Positions 1 to 9,720 of a stretch of DNA of 64,000 nucleotides are shown in pieces (the stretch's first letter is position 1; every line of letters begins with the position of its first letter). The stretch covers positions 4,248,741-4,312,740 of the forward strand of contig OZ037768.1 in the NCBI GenBank assembly GCA_964035545.1. Reading direction: 5' to 3'. Position numbers and translations under genes: made by a program. This DNA is from Bugula neritina. Taxonomy: Eukaryota; Animalia; Bryozoa. Below the pieces are notes generated by a model that searched no databases, was not told where the DNA came from, and worked only from the letters and a program-made list of their open reading frames with translations.

Positions 1-1661
1 TCAGAGCAAGTCCATCACAGCAGATCACACTTGACTGTGAATCTTTAAAACAACACACTGATTCAATCTACAACAAAATATTATTAAATAATGTTACACT
101 TGGGGTCAGTTTTCAAATCTAAAGATTGGCATCGTTTAGCCAAAATTGGCAAATTCATTGCACACCATAAATATACATAATTAAATTTTTAGAAAAGTGT
201 TACGAACCTCTCGAGTGTTTCTATGATATTTGCACAAGCAGAGAGCCTTGTCAACTCCTCCACTAAGGAAATAACAAAGTTCAGAAGAATTTGTAGAGTT
301 TCGAAGCCATCTAACACAATTGACTCTATCCTTGTGAAGAGAGTTACTAGATATTACTCTTGGAGCACCATTCCTTTCAGACAAAACCTAAGGGGGAGGG
401 GGTGGAATGTAAGAAATATTAAAATACTTTAGTAGTTACCCTTAGGAGAATTTATGCGACTTTCAACTTTTGTCCTATCTAAAAATTGGCATAATACAAG
501 CCACTTTTACGATGACCAAAAAACTATTTTCAACAACTACTTTTATACTGCTACATTTTTATAAGAATAATTTCCTAAGCTTTCAACTCAACAGCTCAAG
601 TCATTAAGCCAAAAGCTCGAGCAACAAAATTATTATTCATAGAAAGATACTTCTAGACTTGAACTAAGTTTAAACAGAAAGTAACATTTTAAAAAATATA
701 TTCTACAATGTAGGAATACTAGAGTATCCAAACAAGGTATCATCAAGTGGGTTTCATTTATATTTAAGTGGTGCATTTGTAGAACAGATTTACATTTTAT
801 GAATTTTGTTGTCCTGGTGGTCATATGCTTCTTTTAGAACTACTTAAAATATCTAGGATTTTAGATTATAAAAAGCTAGTAGTCAACAAAAACGGTTAAT
901 TATTTTATGCAATACTGTAATTAACTGCTTCCAAACTTAAGGAATTGTAGAGGTTTTTTTTACTGGAAATGCCATATATTTTACCCAAGTTTTACTATAA
1001 TAGATAACTGCTAAATACAGTTTCACAGAAATGTCTCACCTTTAACTCATGTGATGGAGTAAGTTTTATTGACTATAGATTAAAACTGTGAAAAACACTA
1101 TTAATTATTTTGATAAAATTGCAAAATTAAAGCCAGTACGGTTTGCAGTGTAAGGTTCATCCATGATGACATATGAGCATAATTCCGGTGATCAAACATG
1201 GTTCAATTACAAAAACTTGAGCTATTTACTATACCTAAAGCTTGAAGAGTTTAAATTATATTTAGTCTAACTCTATACATATATTAACTTTGAAAAGAAA
1301 GTTGCTATTTCAAAGTCAAAGTGCTAAAGCGTGAATTCAATACAGTCTTGACAAATTTTAATGTAAATTTATAATAAGATGATAACATTAACTTTAAGTC
1401 CTAAGATAAAGTTAACAAAATTAAATTATATACTAATAACTTGCAGATCACGATAATAAAAATTATTAAATCAAATTAAAAACTCACCACTGCCACACTG
1501 TTTCTTGCTGCATATAAAAATAAACCATCATCACCTTGTTCGTCTTGATTTTGGGAGTCCTGCAGCCAATGAACACTGCTGGGTGTTCTATTGCACCCAC
1601 AAGATGTAAAAGCTGTTTTTGCAGACAGAGTGTTGTTTAATTCAAAAGAAACGTTGTTCAT
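1..1661 (-). CDS. ELP2: Elongator complex protein 2 (WD40), 5' part; coding exons 1661-1488, 387-208, 67-<1 (continues beyond the window)
   Basis: Exons join in phase 0 at GT-AG sites. TAFTSCGCNRTPSSVHW...LYAARNSVAV|VL...HKDRVNCVRWL...LSGGVDK resembles the ELP2 N-terminus from memory (CCPNR...GHTARVNCIQW...VSGGSD). Confidence 0.85.
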
Positions 1662-2141
1662 GCTTTTAGATTTAGACAACTAAAAACATAAAAGTGAAAA
1701 CTAAAACGAAGGAATGCACGTCAATTTCATACAATTGTCATCAAGAGCATGACATCGCTTATGGGGGCAGACATATTAAAAATACTCTTGAATATGTAAA
1801 AATATTCTTTAAAATAGTTGTTTTTTTATTATAATTTTTTTTTATGTTAAAAATTTTTTAAACAAATTTTTCAAACATAACTGTACATGTTTTACAATAT
1901 ATTATCACTGAGATTATAATATTTTAATTATACACGCGCGAGCGTAAAACAAATATAAATTTTATTATCGTATTATTAAATTGAATTCGCTAACGAGAAT
2001 AATAATCTTGAATAATTCTGCTTTTTATCAGTAATTGTTAATATCAATATACATATGTACTTATACTATGATATAAAAAATAATTTATTTGATTCAATAT
2101 ACTAAAAATCATAGATAATCATAATGATAATCTTATTCTTA

Positions 2142-2412
2142 TGTAGTAAGTTATGTAACTACTATGCGTGGGTTCCTAGCTTGTAATTATGTCTATTTAT
2201 CTACACCAATAAAGTATTTAGGTAAAAGTTTCCAAGTTTATTTACTACTAATTATATAAAAGATACAGCACGTACACAGCTTAGAGATTACATCTTCGCT
2301 TAGTTAGCACGCTCTCTCTACTGCAAAACTGCTACTAACTGAGGCCTATCACGTGACGCACTTGGATAGGCTGAAGGAATACGGGGGACGCGCGCATTAC
2401 GTCCTTACTACA
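2142..2412 (-). repeat. 3' LTR (271 bp)
   Basis: Begins TGTAGTAAG and ends CTTACTACA (perfect 9-bp terminal inverted repeat, TG...CA). Identical by eye to 9450-9720. Minus strand has TATATAA followed by AATAAA. Confidence 0.97.
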
Positions 2413-2424
2413 CCGCCCCCCCCC
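2413..2424 (-). promoter_or_regulatory. Polypurine tract (plus-strand primer)
   Basis: Minus strand GGGGGGGGGCGG directly abuts the 3' LTR. Confidence 0.9.
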
Positions 2425-2768
2425 AGCAGAAAGCCCTACTTTCTGATAACACAGATACAATAAATTCGAACATAAAATGTTATAAAACTATATAAAAAAA
2501 CCGAGAGAGCGTGTGGCACATAAGAGAAAAACATGGTTATGTACAGTAATAAGAAACATATACATATATAAAAAAATATAACAGTAAATACACAATGGCA
2601 CCGGCGGGAGGCACTTATAAGAGATAGTTTGTAGAGGTAGGGCTGTATACTGGTAGGTTACTATATTGTTACACTGAGTAATTGTTTGTGAGCACCGGCG
2701 TGAGAAGGGTCTGGAATGGGGCACCACCTGCTGTACCATCACGGATAGGGAGAGGAGGGACATCATCT

Positions 2769-3857
2769 TCAAGCACTTCCTTTCATTCGGGCTACAGAGG
2801 CAGAGAGGGCCCGGAGTTCTGATGCGGCGGCAGAGATTCTCGGTGTCAGTCTTTGCACCTCTTTCTCTAATTCTCGTATCCGCTCTTCCGCCTCGCCTAG
2901 ATTCCTGGCAGGGGCAGAGTGTCGGTTGGGGGATGAAGATGGCCAACGCCGTTTACGAGAAGGCCTTGGGGAGATAGGGGGGGAGGGACGCCATCGCTGT
3001 GGTATATCGATGCGTCGTAACACGACCCTTGGTATGGAGTCGGGGTGGGGCACTGTGCGTGCGGGGGGTGAGGAACGGGATACGCGTGGTTTCCTATATC
3101 CGGGTGGTTTAGGGCAGGGTCCCTGTGTGATGGTCCTGGGTGCGGGGAACTCCTGACGCAGCCGTTCATATCGAACTGGGTCTGATATGAACGGTCGGAT
3201 GAGATTAAGGAATTGTGGAAAGGAGGGCTCGTCGACTTCGAACAGGTGTCCAATATGGCATCCCATAGTTCGCTGGTGACGGAGGATGTAGTCCCTGTGG
3301 TAACTATATTCACCACAGGGACAAAAGGTGGTGAAATAATGTTGGGGAATATGAACTCGAAGTCTTCGTGGGGTAGTGAAGTGAAGCTGGCATAAACGGC
3401 AGGTGGTGCATTGGTCGTCTCCCTTGTGCTCTCGTATCAGTGTTTCTGTATCTGTTGTAACCCAGCATGATTGTTGTAGGAGTGCCTCCGGAAGAGTAGT
3501 GGGAACGGGTTCCTCGTTCCAAGCCATTTCTAGTGACGGCATGTCACCAGAGAGAGGAGAGAGAGCGGTATCTAAAAGAGCAGAATTACTGTTAGATCGA
3601 ATATGATCTTTACACCGTAATTCTGATGACAACCGACTGTTACTAGTCTGGGAGTCATACATCTTTTCAGATAGCACTCGAGGGACTGAGTCGTGTCGTG
3701 TAGACTGACAGAGAGACATAGTGTCAAGCTCCAGATCTAGTAGATCGTCGGCCATCTTTATGTTCTCGTCGCCTTTCACGTAAGACTCAGTCCCCAGTAG
3801 TTGTGATTCAATCAAGGCGATTAAATCAGAACTGACTGATGGTAGACTGGTTTCCAT
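2769..3857 (-). CDS. Retrotransposon extra ORF (ORF2): two zinc fingers, basic/Pro-rich region, C-terminal coiled coil
   Basis: 362-aa ORF downstream of pol, same strand. CRLC-x12-H-x3-H with the canonical F and L, then CPC-x12-H-x5-C/H (3401-3255). RPSRKRRW basic patch. LGEAEERIRELEKEVQRL...ELRALSASVARM heptad pattern. Confidence 0.8.
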   Translation of the reverse strand: METSLPSVSSDLIALIESQLLGTESYVKGDENIKMADDLLDLELDTMSLCQSTRHDSVPRVLSEKMYDSQTSNSRLSSELRCKDHIRSNSNSALLDTALSPLSGDMPSLEMAWNEEPVPTTLPEALLQQSCWVTTDTETLIREHKGDDQCTTCRLCQLHFTTPRRLRVHIPQHYFTTFCPCGEYSYHRDYILRHQRTMGCHIGHLFEVDEPSFPQFLNLIRPFISDPVRYERLRQEFPAPRTITQGPCPKPPGYRKPRVSRSSPPARTVPHPDSIPRVVLRRIDIPQRWRPSPPISPRPSRKRRWPSSSPNRHSAPARNLGEAEERIRELEKEVQRLTPRISAAASELRALSASVARMKGSA

Positions 3858-3922
3858 GAGTGGAAATGTTAGCTCAGAGCAAGCTTACCTGAGAACCCGG
3901 TATTTGTAATCATACTCAGCGT

Positions 3923-6900
3923 TCAAGCTTGGATGTCCGTGGATTGAGATTGAATGCGTCTTCCCTTGACAACGTCAGCGTACGAAAAGACTGGGCAGCG
4001 TGGTTGTTGCGCACGGCTGGAACTATTTGCCCCGGGCGTAGTAGTTTTGTTTACTACTCCGCCTTCGCAAAAGTTGAGATTTCCGTGGTGTTCACAACTC
4101 CCACGCTTTGCTGCCAGTCCTTCCGTACGGCGCCCAGCTAGACTTTCATAACTGCCGTTTGTAACACGGTCACATATGTAGTCTTTAAGGTATGCCGGGG
4201 GTTGTCTAGTACGCTGTCCCCGTTCCAGGGGAGGTGACGTATCAGCTGGAGAGGGAGTTGTAGCTGTTGGTTGGGGCGGCGTACTCACTGGTGGGCTATT
4301 TTGCTCCACCTGTGGTGTTTCTGGCCCGCCGTTGGTGGTGGTGTTCCCCTCTCCGCTGTTGTCTCCAGATGGAGCCCCTCCCACAGGGGGGTTTTGCACT
4401 TCCGGACGCGGATGCGGAACCGGAAGTGGTGGGGGTAGACTTGGTACTGGGGGCGGTGGGCGCACTTCCGTTGGTGGGAGTGGCGTCTCCTGCCTCACCA
4501 AGTCCTCTCCCCACGGCACGACCACTTCGTACTCTGGTCCATGCCGTTGCCGCCCACGCGTTACTGTCTGCCTCCTGGGCTCCAACAACGGGGGGGCTGC
4601 TCCTGCTGCTCCTGGGCTAGCCCAATACGGTTTCAAGCGGGTTTCGTTCTGGACAGAGACCTGTCCAGATCGCTCCAACTTGTACGTATGATTGGGCATA
4701 GCCTCAACTACTACGTAGGGTCCCACAAACTTAGGCTGGAGCTTAGCCGCTTGTCCTCGACGCCTACGGTAGTTGACCATCCACACCCAGTCCCCAGTTT
4801 GATAGAGAGGTGGTTCCTGAGAGTCCTCTCGCCGTACCTGCCACTGCTTCGCCCGCAGTATTTCGTGTGCGGCCCTCAGGTCCTCTATCAATTTACTGGC
4901 ATACTCGTGGATGGTATAGTCCTGCTCTGGGATGTGGTAGGTAAGGTGGTCAGGCACTCGCGTCTCTCGACCGAGCATCAGGAGGTTAGGGGTTTCCCCC
5001 GTACTGGTGTGTGGTGTACTACGGTAGGCCCGCATGACTTGCGGCAGTACCGTATCCCACTCCTCCTGACCCCGGCCGAGGAGCAGACTGCGCAGTGCAT
5101 CGCCCAACATGCGATTGTTGCGTTCCACCACCCCGTTGCCTTGAGGATGGTACGGGGTGGTCCTGCTTTGGTTTACTCCCCAGAGGCGGCAGAGGTCGCT
5201 CAACAGTTGGGACTGGAATTGAGCCCCCTGGTCCGAATGTATTTGCTCAGGTAGTCCAAGATAGCAGAATACATTTTGATCCAGCACCCTGGCCACTGTG
5301 GGGGCGGACGCATCTGGAATAGCCAGGGCATCCGCCCACCGTGTAAAGTGGTCGGTTAATACTAGGATCCAACTGTTTCCTCTGGGGGTGACGGGCATGG
5401 GTCCGACTAGGTCGATAGCTACCACCTGCCACGGCCTTCCAGCATATAGCCTACGCCGTCCCGCTTCACCAGGGAGACGGCCATGCTTGCTGGCCTGGCA
5501 GATTTCGCATTGTTTGACTCTACGCCGCACCTCACGCTCCATGCCGGGCCAGTACCACCGGAGTTGTAACTTGGAGAGCACCCTGCTCACCCCGGCGTGG
5601 GCTTGCTTGTGGGTGTCCCATACTAACTCCCGGCGTATGGCGGCTGGGCAGATCACCTTCTTCCTGCCGTACTGGTTGTTGTGAGCAGCCACTGTGATGG
5701 TCAGCAGACCATCTGGCCCGATCCGCAGGGAGTCCCAACGTTGGCAGTACGACCGTAACTCGGTGCATCCCTGCCGCAGTTGTTCTTCACTGGGTCGTCG
5801 CCCCTCCTTTTTGGCACGATATACGTCGGCTACCACTCCAGGGAGGTCCTCCTGGAGTCTTCGTAGCTCCCTAACGTTATCAGCCAAGACAGGATTGGCA
5901 CGGAGGCGTTGGATAGCCTCCGGGGGCGTAGCGGCCTTCTGTAGGAGTTGACCCTGGTCCCAGTCATACTCCGTTTCAGAGTGGTTCAGTGCTCTCAACT
6001 CGGATTTTGGAGGACCTCCGTCCCTCTTCTCGATGTTGAGGCACTGTTTACACCCCTCGTCCGGTCGCCGGCTCAGTCCATCAGCATTGCCGTGTTTCTT
6101 ACCGGGTCGGTGCTCGATCCGGTAAGAGAACTCAGCCAGGACCTCGAGCCATCGAGCGACTTGGCTGGACGGTTCTGCTCTCTTACATAACCAAATCAAG
6201 GAGGCGTGGTCAGTCGGCAAGCGGAACTTCCTGCCGTATAGATAAGGTCTGAAATGCTTCACTGACTTGATTACTGCCAGCAATTCCTTTCGGGTAGTGC
6301 AGTAATTTCGTTCAGTGGGCGAGAGAGACTTACTGTAGTAGGCCACGACTACTTCGCGGCCCTCCTGCACCTGGGACAGCACAGCGCCGACATTTTGGTC
6401 ACTGGCGTCAGTATCGAGGATGTACTCCAGGGCAGGGTCTGGATAGGCCAGGATAGGGGCCTCCAGCAGGCGGCCTTTGAGGCAGTCGAGCGCTCTCTGT
6501 TCGACGGGAGTCCACTGCCAGGTCACCCCCTTTGCGGTGAGCCGGTTTAATGGCTGCGCTACCCCCGCAAAGTCTGGTATGTATTGCCTGTAATACCCTA
6601 CCAGCCCCAGGAAAGCCCGTAGCCCGGTCAAATCCTGGGGGGTTACCCAATCTTCTATAGCTCGTACCTTTTCAGGATCCGTCGCCACACCGTGACGGCC
6701 GACGATGTGCCCCAGGTACTTCACCTCTGGCTGCAAGAGAGCGCACTTGAAGGGTTTGAGCTTCAGATTGGCGCCTCGGAGTCGATCGAAGACCTCCCGC
6801 AGACGGCTGACGTGCGTCTGAAAGTCTGGGGAGATCACGATGACGTCGTCGAGGTATACTAGCAGTGTCTTCCAGTGGAGTCCACTGAGGACCTGTTCCA

Positions 6901-9382
6901 TGAGCCGCTGGAACGTGGCGGGGGCAGAAGTCAGTCCGAAGGGGAGGACTTTCCACTTCCATAAGCCGTCCCGCGTGATGAACGCCGCCTTCTCCTGGGC
7001 GTCTGGGCTGAGGGGGACCTGCCAATAGCCGCTCAACAAGTCTAGCGTACTGAAGTACTTGCTGCCGGCTAAGGCGTCCAGAGATTCGTCGATCCTGGGT
7101 AAGGGGTAGGCGTCCTGTATGGTCACGCTATTGAGCTTGCGATAATCCACACAGAACCGCCAACTGCCGTCTTTCTTTCGGACCAGAACGACCGGTGAAC
7201 TCCACGCACTATGTGCTGGCTCGATGAGGCCGCGGTCCAAAAGATCCCGGACTTGTTGGCTGACCTCCTTTTCCTTCTCGGGTCCCAGCCTCCTAGTGGG
7301 CTGCCGAATAGGGGTAGTCCCTGCAGCCAGCGGTATCTCATGACGGACGGCCGTGGTCAGGCCGACGTCATGGTCCCCACTGCTGAACACGTCGCTATAA
7401 TCACGTAGCAACTGAGCCATAGTCTGGCGTTCCACGTTGCCCGTGCAGCCGTTACACGCTGCCTGGTATAGCTCTTTGACGTGTGATGGGACGGTCCCCC
7501 GCCTAACTGACGGGCTCTGTTGGGGACCTTCCGTCGCAGCTCCCAGCGACAGCCCTATATCCTCCTCCTGGATGGAGTGGAAGCGACTCAGCATGGATCC
7601 TGACGGTAATTGTACCGCTTCGGAGAAGGGGTTGACACACTGCACCAAGATCTCTCCTCGGTCAGTCAGCCGGTTAAGACTGCTGGCGAGTTGGATTCTA
7701 GTGTGCGCACCTTCGACAACCCCTAGCCCCGAGAGTTGGCTATTGTTCACTCTGCAGTGAACGGTAGCCCGGGAGCGGCCGGGTATAGTACAGTTGCGTA
7801 CTACCTGCACACCTCCCGCTAGAGGACGACCGAACTTGTCGACACAGGTGAGCTCTTTGCCGCCCATTAGCATGGCTGACTTGCTAAAGTCAATATGGCA
7901 CCCGTGTCTCTTCAAGAACGGCATCCCCAGTATGGCATCTTCCTCCAGTGGGCTGATGACGAAGGTTTCCTGAATGGCCTGGTCGCGGACGCGCCCAGCC
8001 AATTCTATGATACCGTAGAAAGGAATCCGTGACCCGTCAGCTAGGGTGCCCGGTTCCCCGGTATAGGGAGCTAAGGCTCCCCTCTCCTTGAGAGGGAGGG
8101 TGTCGAAGACCCGACGGCTGAGGAGATTAGTGGTACACCCGGAGTCTAGCAGGAAGGTGACAGCTTTACCGGCCACCTTCCCTGGCAAGAAGTAGCTGCC
8201 TCCGTGAGGTTGTACCCGTACTCCCCCAGCGTGCTCGGTCTCGGCCGAACGGGGCTGTGCCCGTTTGTTCCGCGGTTTGCGGGGCCGGTGAAAGTTTCCT
8301 TGCGGGGAGGCGTTCTGATCCTCCCCGATGCCCTGAGGGGCCTCGCTGGTCTGTTCCATTACTGGTAACGGACTGAAGCGGTTGGTGAGAGGCAAAGAGA
8401 AGGGGTCTCGTGGTCGACCCGGTTGGCTGGTTCGGCGAGGTGTTTGCCATTGACGGGGGGTGTGTTGCTGGGCCCGTACGGGCTCCTGGCGACATCCACC
8501 CCGTTTTCCTCTCTGTGTGTGCCCGCGGAGCTCTGGGGGTCTCCGGGGAGGTTGTGGTTTCTGCTGCCGTTTGAATCGTGGGCCGCTCAGGTGGCGGTGC
8601 CCCTGGTTGCCGCTTTCCCAGCGTCGCATCATAGGTCTGGGGGGTTTTGCTGCCGTCCTCTTACTCTTCCTTGAGTGGTTGTATGTTATCGTCGCCACCA
8701 ATTGTCCCAGTCTAGTCATCAAGCGGCTTATCTCCATCTCTATGGGGGGTTTAGTGGTCGCGGCAGCCGTGTGGACCGGATGGTCTGGTTCCCTAGAGGT
8801 CTGGGGAGTGATCTCTTCCGTCTTATAGAGTCGCTCGGCTCCAGCGTAGGCCTTGTTCTCCTGGATTGCAGCCTCGATTGTGGTCACTCCCTTGGCTTGT
8901 AACTGGTGGTGGAAGTCCAAAGAGTTGAGAGACTGTACAAAGGCTTCGAATGTGTAGTGCCGTCTGTGTGTTTCTGGCAGATCGCTATACGCGGTCCGTG
9001 CCAGTCTCTGCACCAGAGTGGCGTGGTCAGAAAGCGGTGTACATGTCTTGCGGAGTAATCCTTGCAGCCTGGACTTGGCGACGGCAACGGGCATGCCAAA
9101 ACGGGCCCGCAGTGTAGCAATGATCCCGTTTATGCTAGGCTTCCACCCGTACGGCTTGGCTTCTCCCGTCAGTGCCATCCGCAGTTTTGTAAGGGCTACT
9201 CTGGGCGGCCATCTTGTAATGGCTGCAGCTTCACGGAATTCTTGAACGAATTGTTCAATATCCTCGCGGCCTGTGAACACGGGAACCTCCAACGTGTTCC
9301 TATATACCTCCTCTCCAGCTCCGAGAGGGCCTATAATAATGTTCTGCTCACCTCCTTCCATTGAAGTTACTCCCTCGTCCAT
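3923..9382 (-). CDS. Gag-Pol polyprotein (capsid, aspartic protease, RT, RNase H, integrase), 1819 aa, uninterrupted
   Basis: Capsid-like VPVFTGREDIEQFVQEF; protease FLLDSG; RT WRFCVDYRKLN, LPFGL, YLDDV; RNase H LDTDAS, ELLAV; integrase H-x3-H...CEIC, IDLVGP, SDQGAQF, VERNNR; GPY motif PKFVGPY. Confidence 0.98.
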   Translation of the reverse strand: MDEGVTSMEGGEQNIIIGPLGAGEEVYRNTLEVPVFTGREDIEQFVQEFREAAAITRWPPRVALTKLRMALTGEAKPYGWKPSINGIIATLRARFGMPVAVAKSRLQGLLRKTCTPLSDHATLVQRLARTAYSDLPETHRRHYTFEAFVQSLNSLDFHHQLQAKGVTTIEAAIQENKAYAGAERLYKTEEITPQTSREPDHPVHTAAATTKPPIEMEISRLMTRLGQLVATITYNHSRKSKRTAAKPPRPMMRRWESGNQGHRHLSGPRFKRQQKPQPPRRPPELRGHTQRGKRGGCRQEPVRAQQHTPRQWQTPRRTSQPGRPRDPFSLPLTNRFSPLPVMEQTSEAPQGIGEDQNASPQGNFHRPRKPRNKRAQPRSAETEHAGGVRVQPHGGSYFLPGKVAGKAVTFLLDSGCTTNLLSRRVFDTLPLKERGALAPYTGEPGTLADGSRIPFYGIIELAGRVRDQAIQETFVISPLEEDAILGMPFLKRHGCHIDFSKSAMLMGGKELTCVDKFGRPLAGGVQVVRNCTIPGRSRATVHCRVNNSQLSGLGVVEGAHTRIQLASSLNRLTDRGEILVQCVNPFSEAVQLPSGSMLSRFHSIQEEDIGLSLGAATEGPQQSPSVRRGTVPSHVKELYQAACNGCTGNVERQTMAQLLRDYSDVFSSGDHDVGLTTAVRHEIPLAAGTTPIRQPTRRLGPEKEKEVSQQVRDLLDRGLIEPAHSAWSSPVVLVRKKDGSWRFCVDYRKLNSVTIQDAYPLPRIDESLDALAGSKYFSTLDLLSGYWQVPLSPDAQEKAAFITRDGLWKWKVLPFGLTSAPATFQRLMEQVLSGLHWKTLLVYLDDVIVISPDFQTHVSRLREVFDRLRGANLKLKPFKCALLQPEVKYLGHIVGRHGVATDPEKVRAIEDWVTPQDLTGLRAFLGLVGYYRQYIPDFAGVAQPLNRLTAKGVTWQWTPVEQRALDCLKGRLLEAPILAYPDPALEYILDTDASDQNVGAVLSQVQEGREVVVAYYSKSLSPTERNYCTTRKELLAVIKSVKHFRPYLYGRKFRLPTDHASLIWLCKRAEPSSQVARWLEVLAEFSYRIEHRPGKKHGNADGLSRRPDEGCKQCLNIEKRDGGPPKSELRALNHSETEYDWDQGQLLQKAATPPEAIQRLRANPVLADNVRELRRLQEDLPGVVADVYRAKKEGRRPSEEQLRQGCTELRSYCQRWDSLRIGPDGLLTITVAAHNNQYGRKKVICPAAIRRELVWDTHKQAHAGVSRVLSKLQLRWYWPGMEREVRRRVKQCEICQASKHGRLPGEAGRRRLYAGRPWQVVAIDLVGPMPVTPRGNSWILVLTDHFTRWADALAIPDASAPTVARVLDQNVFCYLGLPEQIHSDQGAQFQSQLLSDLCRLWGVNQSRTTPYHPQGNGVVERNNRMLGDALRSLLLGRGQEEWDTVLPQVMRAYRSTPHTSTGETPNLLMLGRETRVPDHLTYHIPEQDYTIHEYASKLIEDLRAAHEILRAKQWQVRREDSQEPPLYQTGDWVWMVNYRRRRGQAAKLQPKFVGPYVVVEAMPNHTYKLERSGQVSVQNETRLKPYWASPGAAGAAPPLLEPRRQTVTRGRQRHGPEYEVVVPWGEDLVRQETPLPPTEVRPPPPVPSLPPPLPVPHPRPEVQNPPVGGAPSGDNSGEGNTTTNGGPETPQVEQNSPPVSTPPQPTATTPSPADTSPPLERGQRTRQPPAYLKDYICDRVTNGSYESLAGRRTEGLAAKRGSCEHHGNLNFCEGGVVNKTTTPGANSSSRAQQPRCPVFSYADVVKGRRIQSQSTDIQA

Positions 9383-9430
9383 GATGATGATGTTCTAATA
9401 CTTCTCATTGTTCTCATACAGTAGCTAGAA

Positions 9431-9448
9431 ATCCCACTGCTGCCACCA
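9431..9448 (-). promoter_or_regulatory. Primer binding site, probably tRNA-Leu
   Basis: Minus strand TGGTGGCAGCAGTGGGAT, 1 nt inside the 5' LTR. Complementary to ATCCCACYGCTGCCACCA, the 3' end I recall for eukaryotic tRNA-Leu(AAG/UAG). Confidence 0.85.
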
Positions 9449-9449
9449 C

Positions 9450-9720
9450 TGTAGTAAGTTATGTAACTACTATGCGTGGGTTCCTAGCTTGTAATTATGT
9501 CTATTTATCTACACCAATAAAGTATTTAGGTAAAAGTTTCCAAGTTTATTTACTACTAATTATATAAAAGATACAGCACGTACACAGCTTAGAGATTACA
9601 TCTTCGCTTAGTTAGCACGCTCTCTCTACTGCAAAACTGCTACTAACTGAGGCCTATCACGTGACGCACTTGGATAGGCTGAAGGAATACGGGGGACGCG
9701 CGCATTACGTCCTTACTACA
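9450..9720 (-). repeat. 5' LTR (271 bp)
   Basis: Direct repeat of 2142-2412; PBS on the inner side, TSD CTTA on the outer side. Confidence 0.97.

Larger units (their letters stand above)
2142..9720 (-). mobile_element. Full-length Ty3/Gypsy LTR retrotransposon with a single gag-pol ORF plus an extra 3' ORF
   Basis: Two 271-bp LTRs (2142-2412, 9450-9720), 4-bp TSD CTTA at 2138-2141 and 9721-9724, PBS, PPT, domain order PR-RT-RH-IN, GC-rich interior against an AT-rich host. Confidence 0.98.

Noticed and set aside
2769-3857. ORF2 as an envelope gene
   Set aside because: No signal peptide, TM anchor or fusion-protein pattern; it has zinc fingers and a coiled coil instead.
3929-9364. Many antisense and alternate-frame ORFs inside the retrotransposon (e.g. 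4541-5254)
   Set aside because: Expected shadows of GC-rich coding DNA; no recognisable motifs.
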